NCBI RefSeq assembly: GCF_000142905.1
Contig: NW_013657669.1
Coordinates: 248,001 to 312,000 of the forward strand
Direction: 5' to 3'
DNA from: Thecamonas trahens ATCC 50062
Lineage: Eukaryota; Protista; Apusomonadida
DNA: 64,000 nucleotides
In this document: positions 54,854 to 64,000 of the stretch, one piece after another
Position numbering within the stretch: the stretch's first letter is position 1
Layout: each line of letters starts with the position of its first letter
Made by a program: the position numbers and the translations under genes
The notes under the pieces: model-generated
What the model saw: the letters and a program-made list of their open reading frames with translations, nothing else
What the model was told of the DNA's origin: nothing
The model's database searches: none

Positions 54854-57800
54854 CTAGCTGCGGAGCGAGGGCGCCGAGGCGGCGCGGCCACTCGCGCGGC
54901 GCCCGGCGGCCAGCCTGCGCCCGGCCGGACCAAGCTTGGCCGTGTCGACTCGCGTCGATGAGCTAGCCGCTTCCCCGTCGAGCATCCGCACGTGCTTGCA
55001 GCGATAGAGCGTGAGGGCCCGGTAGCGTGGCGCGTCGGTCACCAGCGGGTTGCCGGCGAGGCCGAGACTGTACAGATGTGCGAGGCCGACGAGTACGTCG
55101 ATCTCGTCGAGCTGGGCCACGCTGTTGTGGAAGAGATAGAGCTCGCGGAGCGCCGTCGCGTCGGCGAGCGGCGTGAGCGAGCTGATGTGGTTGTGCGAGA
55201 GGTCCAGAACTCGGAGCTTGCGGCAGGTGTGGGGGAGCTCCAGGAGCGCTGCGTTGCCGAGCTCGTTGCGCGACGCGTCGAGTGAGCGCAACGCCTGGCA
55301 TTGCAGCAAGCCGTCAAGATCGGTGAGCTTGTTACCGGCGACGACTGCGCTCTCGAGCTGGGCCAGGGCCTCGAGGCCGGCGAGCGAGACGAGGCCGTTG
55401 TCACGGAGATCCAGCATGCGGAGCGAGGTACAGGCAGCCACGCTATTGAGCGAGGTCAGTGGCGCGCGGCCGGAGAGAAGGAGACCCACTGGTGGGGTGT
55501 TGTCGGGTGCAGAGCGCTGGCCGAGCCGACTCTGCGGATGGTGCACAAAACATGGCCAGGCTGAAAAGTGCGCGTTGGTCGGTACAAAGCCGCCGGCAGC
55601 CAGCGCTGCCGCGTCGTCGAGGCCCGCCACGCTCACCTTGGCCGCTTTGCGCTCCCCGGGTCCGACGCCCGTTCCGTCGAGCTCACGCAAGTGCGGTCCG
55701 AGCCGTGCGAGCACAGCCGCGCGGTACCGTGCGTGGCTCGGCCAGTGCCTGCAGAGCGGATTGAAGGCGAGCGAGATGAGCTGCAGCCGCGAGCCTGTCT
55801 TGCGAAGCTTGCGGAGGAGGGTGTGTGCGCCACGAGGCGTCGGCGTTGCTCCATCCAGCCTGTTGTGCCCGACACGAAGCTCGACAAGCTGCGGCAGCAG
55901 CGCCGCCAGACCATCGTCGAGCGACCGAAGCGCATTGCCAGTGACATCCAGTGATGTGACAGCCGGTACCAGGTCGGGCGTGAGTCCGTCGAGGCTCGTC
56001 AAGCCGCAGTGGACGAGAGCAAGACGCACGAGGCTCGCTCCATCCTTGGTCAGCGGCGGCACAAGGAGCGCAGCTAGCGACGGCACCACAGCCTCGATGG
56101 GGCCGGCTGCAAGCGCCGGACTCGACGATGCGTCCGCCAGCGCGAGCGCGAGCGCAAGTGCTTCGGATGGTGACGTTTGCTCGGGCGGGAATGCCGCAGT
56201 GAGCACAGCCCTGACTGATGACGTCATGCTGGCAAGCGGGGCGAGACAGGGAGCTTTGGCGAGCGCGAAATCGGCAGCGACGGCAGCAACCAGCCGAGGA
56301 TCAGCATCCAGGGCTGTTCCAGTAAACGGGAGCGCCCGCGGGCCGAGTGCAATGACGAACGCCGGCTTGGCTCTGCGCGGATCAAGTCCAAGTTTGCAGC
56401 CGAGACCGCCGGTGGCGGCGGCCGCGCTGTCGGTCTGGTCCAGGTACACCTTGCAGATTAGAACCACGTGGGCGGCCGCTAGGCGCTCCGGTTCCAGCGC
56501 CGAGAGCTGTGACGCAAATTGATGCTCACCTTGCGACCAGCTGTCGAGGCCGTTACGAATGGCCCGCAGCACACCAGCTGGCTCGGTCGATCCAAGCCAG
56601 AACATGTACCGCGGAGTGAGCGGGGTGGGGCTTGACGTGGGGCACGAGACCGCAAGAGCGTGAGCGGCCAGACTGCCGAGACACCGCACGCCCGACTACC
56701 GAAACTGAGACAGACCTCGGCCCACGGAAGCGCGGCCTCGACACTGCTCGACAATACACACGCCCCGGGCACGACTGCGCCGGCAGTCTCGACCGGGAGC
56801 AGATCCAGGCCGGCGGCCAGTTCCAATTGGGCAGCAAGGACAGCATGGCGGGCGTCTGCGGCAGCAGCGAGCTCGATCGCCGCGGTTTTGGCAAAGGTCA
56901 GCGCGCTCTCAGCGAGTGCAGAAGAGTCTGCCAACGCGCGGACCGAGGGTCTGTAGTGCGCCAGAGTGGCGATTAGTCCAGCATCGGCGTGGAGTTTGGC
57001 AAGCGCTGCCGATGCTATGGCAACAGCGTTGTCGACTGCGGCGCGAAATGCGGCGTTGGCGGCGGCGCGTGCGGCGATACGGGCAGAGGCGTAGACGGCG
57101 CGACCGGCAAAAACGTTTTCGGCGACGTCGATGGGCGACGGGCCGACCCGCGATGCCGAGTCGCCGACGGTGCGACCGTCGAGCTTGGCGAGCCGGGGTA
57201 GGTGATAGAGAAGAAAGACGTCGTAGAGCGGCGCAGCGCAAAACGGGTTCGGGCCCGAATCGGCGTTGTCGAACGCTAGCGAGCGGAGTGACCGCGCGAG
57301 CGCCGTGAGAGGCAGGATGCACGGCAGCGAGCGCCAGTTGTTTCCAGCAAGGTTGAGTCTAACAACTCGAGGAAGCGTATGCGCCAGCTTTCGGTGTTGG
57401 CAAGGCCGGCGAGCGCGTTGTCGGCCAGATCGACATTGCGGACAACCGGTAGGATCGGGAGCGTGTCCAGAGACGTTAGCGCGTTGTCAGCAAGCGAGAG
57501 GACGGTGAGCGACGATGCTACATCAGAAATGGCATCGAATGCTTCCAGACGGTTGCCATAGAGGTAGAGCTCCTCAAGCACGGTACATTCGCGGAAGAGT
57601 CGACGCGGGAGGGAGGAGATGCTGGTCTCTGCTAGCCAGAGCTTGCGGAGGTGCGGGAGCGAGTCAAAGCCGAGGTCAGAGACGGAGGCTTGCGACAGTC
57701 GCACGTTGACAAGTAGGAGCGAGGTGAGATGAGCAAACCACTTGAGCGGCTTGCCCGAGATGGCGTACGGCGGATCCGGGACGGAGACGTCGAAGAGAGC

Positions 57801-58011
57801 CACGTCGCGGACAGCCTGCGGCTTGCGGACAAAGGTATTCTCATCGATCCCAGCTTGGTAGCACTGCGAACAGCATGGTATGACGTGATGGCGATGGTGA
57901 GTGGCACCATGTGCGAAGCGTTTGGCTATCCCGACCATCCTCTCAGCCTTGGTCACCTACCAGAGCAGCCACCGCAGGACAGCCTGCCACGACAGCGAGT
58001 CGTTCGTCCAT
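54854..58011 (-). CDS. LRRC9: LRRC9-like leucine-rich-repeat protein; exon 1 57961..58011, intron 57864..57960, apparent frameshifts at ~57390 and ~56627
   Basis: Spliced N-terminus AALCYQAGIDE, then LRKLWLAET, LEELYLYGN, LNLAGN and NPFCAAPLYDVFLLYHLPRLAKLDG, following the LRRC9 layout. Further SDS22-like LRR blocks and LRRcaps in ORF 54854..56689. Confidence 0.75.
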
Positions 58012-58230
58012 GCCAGCCACGCACCGCACACCCTACCCCGTTCACCCCCTTGACCTGAGCAGCAAGTACGTAGCAGAGAAACAGATCCAGGGAGGGGGGG
58101 GGACGATGTGGTAAGTCAGCCCTCAACGGCCGCCGCCAACCCGGCCGCCGCCAACACCGCCCCCTTCCGCACTCACCCCCCCCTCCCCCTCCCCTCCCCC
58201 CCCCCACCCACACACACATACACATACTGT

Positions 58231-58759
58231 AGGAGACCGCCTCACCGAACCCATGCTCAAGGCGGCAGGGACTGACATCTCGCACTGGTTCGAGGCCAAG
58301 ACCGGACAGCCGCGGGCAGAGCTCGACGAGGCGCTCAACTTGCCGGTCCCCTATGCGCCGCAGGGCCGGTATCTACATCTGCCGCCCAACGGACCAGCGG
58401 CAAAGTGGGACAATGACTTTGGCTTGCCGTGGTGGATGGATCCGTCGCGGTGCATCGGTCTGCTCTCGGCCAAGACTCGCTACATCCGCATCACAAACAC
58501 TCTCACTGGGCAGGAGGACGTGCTCGAGGTCTGTGCCGAGGAGACGCTCGCAGAGATTCTGGAGCGGTACGTAGACTTTAATGCCCACGCCAGCTCGTAC
58601 ACATGGAAGCGGCTGGGGCGCGTCCTCGACATGGACCTCACCCTCGAAGAGAACGGTATCGACGACGAGGAGGAAGTGTACTATGACCTCTCGCTCCCCG
58701 ATTCGTACTACTATCCGGCCATCTATCTCTACTTTAACGATGACCTTACCGAGGCTTGA
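58231..58759 (+). CDS. CYB5D1: Cytochrome b5 domain-containing protein 1 (flagellar); the 5' heme-domain segment was not found
   Basis: Motifs AGTDISHWF, PQGRYLHLPP, NDFGLPWW, LSAKTRYIRITNTLT, NAHASSYTWK, TLEENGI, LYFNDDLTEA. Splice acceptor CTGTAG at ~58230. Confidence 0.92.
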
Positions 58760-58839
58760 TGCCGAGTTGGACGCGGAGATTGCGCTCCGCGAAAGTAAAA
58801 GACTTACTTACCCGCATCTTGGAAGCGCTTTGATCGCTC

Positions 58840-59828
58840 TCACCAGTCGCCGAGGGAGATGTCGCCATTGTCGCACCCGTCATCCCCGGCGTCTCCGCAT
58901 CCAAAGCTGAGGTCCAGGCCACCAACGACGCCAAGGCGCGCTGCTGTCGAGTCGAGCGCCGCATCAAGGACTCGCTCCGCCGATCCCAGCCCCACATCCG
59001 CTGCCGTCACCTTTTGCGGTGTGCCGGCGGTTGAGAACAGCCGGCTGGCATCGCGCCGGCTCTGTGCGGGCCGGCGCCTCTGTGCCCGCAGCCCGGCTGC
59101 CGAGGCCAACAGTGCATCCAGATCATCGAGATCCGCATCAGTGTATGCATTGGCATGCTCCCACTGCGCCGGATCGGACGCGAAACACTGCTCGACCTCC
59201 CACTCGCCGCTCAGCGCCGCCAGCTTGTCCCTTCCTGTCACGCCACCAAGCCGGGTGGCCGACGTCTTTTTAGCCCCTCCATCGCGGGACTTTCCCATTC
59301 CACCGCCACCAACACCCACGTTGCTGTCAACCCCCCTCCCGCCGCCATGCGGGCTCCCCGTGAGTCGACCTCGCCACTCCATCCCCCATCAACCCCACTC
59401 GGCCGTCGTCAACCAAAAACGAAACACAAAATTCAAAAGTTGAAATGTTTCGTGTCGCAGGCCTCCAACGGCCGCACCCGCAGCAAGCCCATAGCCGGAC
59501 CCCTCCCCCCCCCTCCCCTCCCCCCTCCCCTTCCTCCCTCCCCCACCCACCTGCACACACTTGCTGGTACATACCTTATGTCGGCACCAAAGGTGCGATT
59601 CTTGCCTCCGGCAGCCGCCTTGCGGCTCGCCTGCTGGCGCGGGGCCTGGGCATTGGGGTCGATCCGGGCACCAAACCGTCGGCCCGTCCGCCCGCCTGCG
59701 CTCTTGGCCGACGACCTTGCCGATGCGTTCTCTTTGAAGGCCTCGGATGCACTTGGTGTGTCTGCAAAGATGGTGATACCGCCGCCGTTTCCTCCTCCCA
59801 GCGCGTTCACTGGACGAAGCGAAGCCAT
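58840..59828 (-). CDS. Securin/Acm1-like disordered APC/C-degron protein, exons 59575..59828 and 58840..59323, about 245 aa
   Basis: The phase-2 intron AG|GTATGT...TTGACAG|C joins two ORFs. The product has ITIFAD (ABBA-like), KEN, RRFGARIDPN and RTFGADISN (D-box-like), EVEQCF and an acidic tail. Confidence 0.6.
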
Positions 59829-60028
59829 GCTGACGTCCGTATTCGAGTCGAGTGTCGAGTTGTCCGCTCCGCTCGGCCCTCGCCGAACTGTTCGCTCGGC
59901 TTGGCCCTCGGGCTCGCACCTCGGCTCGTCTGATTATGGGCGGGAGTCGGACATGAAAACGACTGCCAAGAGGCCGACAGACCATGGCAGAGCTAAGCGC
60001 GTAGCTTCTCTTTTACACAGAGAGGTGG

Positions 60029-63000
60029 TTACACAGAAAGATGGCTGATCGAGGCCGCCCACACTGGAACATGCTCGCTGGCAGCAGCGGCAACAACCCG
60101 CGCGTCCTCGTTCTTCTCGATAAAGTGATCGGTGAGCTCGTCATGGTTAGCGAGAGTGATGTCGTCGATTGAATCGACATGCAGGTTGAGAGAGCCGCGG
60201 CGGGCGTAGTACGCCATTTGGGTGCGGTGCCGAAAGTCGGGCCGCATCCACAAGTTGAGCATGTGACGAAGAATGTCTTCGTTGATCGGCTTGTTCATGA
60301 CGTCGTCCATACCCGAGATGGTGCACATGGCCATCTGCGCCCGCGCTGTCTTGGACGTGCATGCCAGGATCGGCAACCGCTCATATCCGTTTCGCAGCTC
60401 GAGGTCGCGGATGGCCCGTGTGCATTCAAAGCCGTCCATGACCGGCATCTGACAGTCCATAATGACAATGTCAAACGCGCGCGCGTGCTGCTCCAGCAAC
60501 ACGAGTGCCTCGGCGCCGTTGGCTGCCGCAAGTACGTCAAAGCCGAGCTCTTGAATCATGACGCACGCCATGATCTGCGAGATCTGGTCGTCTTCCACCA
60601 CAAGCACCTTGCCAGCTGGTCCCACGAGCGGGAGACAAATACCCGACAAGCTACTTTTGAGAGAGTCAATGTCGACCGAATCTCCCGAGGCAGCCGACGG
60701 CCTGGAAGCAACCGACGCGCCCGAGCCCAAGCCCGAGCTGGAGCCCGAGCTGGAGCTAGAGCCCGAGCCCGAGCCTGAGCCCGAGCCCGAGTTGGAGCTC
60801 GAACCCGAGCCCGAGCCCGAGCCCGAGCCCGAGACAATCAGTAACGGCGAGCGACGCTCCAAGTAGATGCCGCCGATGCTGGTAATAGATGCCGAAGCTG
60901 AGGGTGGACCGCGGACAGCAGCTGCATGTGGCATTGCACTGGTGTCTAACTTTCTGCGGCGGCGCGCCGAGTTGTAGCCAAGCAGTCCCGACTTGGCCAG
61001 GTCAGCCCGGACGCCGTCTGTGGCCATGGCCACGTCGTCGCGTTGCTTCCGCAGCGCTTCATCCATGGTGGTCACAGCCGGCGCTACGTCCTCTATCGAC
61101 TCGAGCGAGTGAGCCGACGACCGCTGCGAGTTCCGCATGTCGCGGATGAGCTCAGCAAGGCCGGCCGAGCTCGTGGACGACATGAGGTCGGCGAGTAGGT
61201 CCCGCGGTGGCGAGCCAGATGAGTCAGACGAGACTGACATCGACCATCGCTTGCGCCTGGACCGATGATGCCGTTTGCGATGCTTCTTGGATTTCTTGCC
61301 CTTTTTGCGCTTCCGCCGCTTCCGCCGCCGCTTCCGACGCTTCCGCCCACCGTCCGACTGCGAGCCTGGCGACGCGGTCTGCGACCCGTCGTCCGACACT
61401 TTGTCGCCCGACACAACGTCCACCGAGACGTTATCGACAGTGGTGGAGATGTTGGCAAGCGACTTGGAAACAAGCGACATGTTCGAGCCGTCAATGACAG
61501 TTTCGGGCAGGTTGGGATTGGTCGCCGCACTCACTCCAAGAGATGCCGCTTCTGGCGTTGGAGCCGTCGTCCGTGTCATGCTCGCCGCCATCAGCGCGTG
61601 TTTGCGCGTCGGGGCTGTCTCCGTCGACGGCGAAGTTGAGACTCGGCGGGCCATCGCCGCATGTGTCTCGCTGAGCACTTGCATCAGCATCGACGCGACC
61701 AGTGGTTTGAACACCACTCGCGTGTTCGCGTCGTCGGTCACAATGGGCAGTGTCGGCACGACCGAGTCGACTGAGCACACCAGAATAACCTCGCGCGCAA
61801 TGTACAGCCGCCGCAGCTTGGTCAGCAGTCGCCGCGTCCGAGCCGCCGAGCCAACTTCCTCCACCACATAAACAGAAAGTGCTGTCGCCGTGTCCAGCAC
61901 CTGGAACCCGTCGAGGAGCCGGACTGGCGACGCCACCGTGGCAACCCGCAACCGTCGATGCGTGAGGTACTCGTCGAGCGCTTGCATCACTGCTGTCGAG
62001 TGAAGCGCGAGCACAACCCCAACGCCTTCGACCACCTCTTCGATGTCAGGCTCTGAAAACTCGTCCTCGCGAGTGCGTGCTTCTGGCGCTTTCGGGACCT
62101 GAAGCGTGAGAGTAAACCACGCCGGGAGCTCGGTCAACCGCGACCGTGGCGAAGCCAGTTGCGTCTCGCGAGTTGATTGCGAGCAGAGAGACGATGACGG
62201 AAACGCCACCGTGCCTCCCACGTCTTTGGCAAGCCGGTAGCAGAGCTCACGAGACTGGAGGTATGCTGCCTTGGCCTGGTCTGGTGACACGGCCGTCAGA
62301 TCAGCACCCGACACGTTGAGGTCATTGCTAGCCAAGCTCCGAGGCTGAATTGCCTCCTCGTCCAGGACAGGAGCCATCTCGGTCGGATCAAACGACTGCC
62401 GCGACGAGTACCGTCCGACGGTGACAAGTAGCGGAATGGTGGCGCCAACCGGTGCTGACGGCGCTTTGGCTGGCCACCACAGAGAGTTATGTTCCGCCAG
62501 CCGACTCTTGATGCCGTCGGCGATGTACACGTGAATGAGGATAGCTGCAGGGTGTGGCTCTTGTGCGCGATCGGCGACCATGTTGCACATGAGCGAAAAG
62601 AGAACGCGAGTGTTGACAAGCGCTGGGTCGGGAATGCGAGGATCGACAAGAATGACAACCATGACGTCCTCGAGCGAATGGGTGAGTGCCACAGACGCCA
62701 CCGCGTTGCTCAACATCGCGTTGAGCGACACCGGCGCAAGCTGCAGCGGTAGTCCGTCGGCGGCAGCTGTCAGCGATGCGGCCTCTGCTGACGATGATGC
62801 CAGCGCCTCGCCATCGCCCGAAGGTGTCGCCAAAAAGTTGGTGAGGACTGAAACAAGCTGGTCGGAGCACGAGTGGAGAATGTCGATCCACCGCTGGCGA
62901 GTCACCGAGCTTCCGACCGAGTGGCGCGAGAGAAGATGAGCGAGGCCAACAACCGAGTTGAGCGGGGTGCGGATCGAGTACGAGAGCTGCGCCAGGTACT

Positions 63001-64000
63001 CGCGGGCCACAAACTCGGCGTGCCGCGTTGCCGCCATTTGCCGCGTCGCCTCAGCAAGCTCGATCGATGGTTGCGAGACAACCGGGATCGCACCCAGTGG
63101 CGCGGTCTCGAGCGGGACTACCAGCGGCGCGACTGCAAGCCCGTCGCCGGTTCCGGTGCTTTCTGCTGCATCGGTGCTGCCGGGCATGTTGAGTAGGTCG
63201 TCAACGAGGACAATCGTGCCGGTGAACGTCTTGCTAACCTCATCATACCCACCCCACACTTCGACAGCGACGTAGGCAGAGTCGGCCTCGTCCTCGGCTC
63301 GGCGCTCGCTGTCACTCCCAGGTTCGTCGTCCGAGTCAAGCACCGAAGTCGACTCGGCGAGCATGACCATCGAATTGTCTTCGGTTTCGGTCGAGCGATC
63401 GTTGGCGTCGAGCTCGGGCCGTGACAGTTCGGAGGAAGTCTTCTGATTCTCTGACTTTGGCATGCGGAGCCGGGTGCGGAACTTAAAGACCGCTCTGTCG
63501 GTTTTTGAGCCACCAGAGTTGGTCGACATCGGCTTGTTTGTCGACGAACCCAGGACAGTCCCGTCAAAGTTGATGACCATGAGTGAGCCAAGCCGCGAGA
63601 CTTCGCGCCGGATGGTGCGGCGACCGCCATCGTTATCGGAGACTGAATCAATGAATTGCCGCAGTGCTTGCTCGAATGGCTGGCGGTCGGACTTGGGCAG
63701 GAACTGCAGCAAGTGGTTCAGTCGCTCCAGCTTGGACGTTGGATGCACGCCCGCAGTTTCGTCCGACATGGAGGCCACGGACGAGAACACATCCTGCAGC
63801 GAGTCAAAGACCAAAATCGAGTCGTCCTCTACCGACCACTCAAACATGCCAAGGCGGAGCGTCTTGACGAGCGAGTGCAGCTGCCGGTTGCCGTTGAGCG
63901 ACGGTGTGTCTGGCCAGGTAAGGACAACCACAATAGCGCCCGAGTCTGGGGAGACAAGCGTGCACTGAAGATGGACAGGGACCCACGTCGAGCCGATGCC
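60029..64000 (-). CDS. Hybrid histidine-kinase-like protein (PAS-like, degenerate HisKA/HATPase, intact C-terminal receiver); 5' partial
   Basis: H-box [18 protein letters not shown]. Receiver [33 protein letters not shown]. The frame stays open to the right edge. Confidence 0.88.
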   Translation of the reverse strand, partial: GIGSTWVPVHLQCTLVSPDSGAIVVVLTWPDTPSLNGNRQLHSLVKTLRLGMFEWSVEDDSILVFDSLQDVFSSVASMSDETAGVHPTSKLERLNHLLQFLPKSDRQPFEQALRQFIDSVSDNDGGRRTIRREVSRLGSLMVINFDGTVLGSSTNKPMSTNSGGSKTDRAVFKFRTRLRMPKSENQKTSSELSRPELDANDRSTETEDNSMVMLAESTSVLDSDDEPGSDSERRAEDEADSAYVAVEVWGGYDEVSKTFTGTIVLVDDLLNMPGSTDAAESTGTGDGLAVAPLVVPLETAPLGAIPVVSQPSIELAEATRQMAATRHAEFVAREYLAQLSYSIRTPLNSVVGLAHLLSRHSVGSSVTRQRWIDILHSCSDQLVSVLTNFLATPSGDGEALASSSAEAASLTAAADGLPLQLAPVSLNAMLSNAVASVALTHSLEDVMVVILVDPRIPDPALVNTRVLFSLMCNMVADRAQEPHPAAILIHVYIADGIKSRLAEHNSLWWPAKAPSAPVGATIPLLVTVGRYSSRQSFDPTEMAPVLDEEAIQPRSLASNDLNVSGADLTAVSPDQAKAAYLQSRELCYRLAKDVGGTVAFPSSSLCSQSTRETQLASPRSRLTELPAWFTLTLQVPKAPEARTREDEFSEPDIEEVVEGVGVVLALHSTAVMQALDEYLTHRRLRVATVASPVRLLDGFQVLDTATALSVYVVEEVGSAARTRRLLTKLRRLYIAREVILVCSVDSVVPTLPIVTDDANTRVVFKPLVASMLMQVLSETHAAMARRVSTSPSTETAPTRKHALMAASMTRTTAPTPEAASLGVSAATNPNLPETVIDGSNMSLVSKSLANISTTVDNVSVDVVSGDKVSDDGSQTASPGSQSDGGRKRRKRRRKRRKRKKGKKSKKHRKRHHRSRRKRWSMSVSSDSSGSPPRDLLADLMSSTSSAGLAELIRDMRNSQRSSAHSLESIEDVAPAVTTMDEALRKQRDDVAMATDGVRADLAKSGLLGYNSARRRRKLDTSAMPHAAAVRGPPSASASITSIGGIYLERRSPLLIVSGSGSGSGSGSSSNSGSGSGSGSGSSSSSGSSSGLGSGASVASRPSAASGDSVDIDSLKSSLSGICLPLVGPAGKVLVVEDDQISQIMACVMIQELGFDVLAAANGAEALVLLEQHARAFDIVIMDCQMPVMDGFECTRAIRDLELRNGYERLPILACTSKTARAQMAMCTISGMDDVMNKPINEDILRHMLNLWMRPDFRHRTQMAYYARRGSLNLHVDSIDDITLANHDELTDHFIEKNEDARVVAAAASEHVPVWAASISHLSV
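60720..60832. repeat. (CCCGAG)n hexamer coding repeat (SGSGSG linker)
   Basis: Read directly from the sequence. Confidence 0.85.

Noticed and set aside
1-64000. CRISPR arrays, rRNA/tRNA genes, transposons
   Set aside because: No repeat-spacer arrays, recognisable structural RNA genes, transposase/RT motifs or terminal repeats were seen. The HNH gene lacks mobile-element context.

Overview
A GC-rich, gene-dense, intron-poor eukaryotic scaffold with three N-gaps. Introns are short GT-AG (mostly GTACGT/GTAGGT donors) and the intergenic spacers are poly-G/poly-C or (GT)n rich. The gene mix (talin, meckelin, a 4-domain Nav/Cav-like channel, a hybrid His-kinase, LRRC9, CYB5D1) indicates a flagellated protist related to animals, fungi and amoebozoans. 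An apusomonad such as Thecamonas is my inference and was not verified. About 27 genes can be supported: talin (partial, missing from the ORF track), TMEM67, cystathionine gamma-lyase, a CBS-domain protein, a Cys-rich protein, the channel, ThrRS, a formin, an FCP1-like HAD protein, an HNH-HMG-multi-SAP protein, METTL9, an alpha/beta hydrolase, a C2-RapGAP-CNH protein, IMMP2L, SH3BGR, an LRR protein, a pseudo-cyclase, a POMP-repeat multi-TM protein, a profilin-like protein, LRRC9, CYB5D1, a securin-like protein, a pseudo-His-kinase and several hypotheticals. Several genes are broken by an apparent single missing base in a short homopolymer run, most likely sequencing errors. Best leads: (1) a 4-domain channel with a D/D/V/D selectivity filter and a Nav-type VFMT linker; (2) an HNH + HMG-box + about 12 SAP nuclease; (3) a spliced securin/Acm1-like APC/C degron protein; (4) a metallothionein-like PPxY/Cys protein; (5) a cystathionine gamma-lyase with a cryptic mitochondrial presequence exon; (6) an RRM-formin fusion; (7) apparently dead signalling enzymes (His-to-Tyr kinase, tandem pseudo-cyclase). 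All family calls come from motif recognition by eye; no database searches were run.
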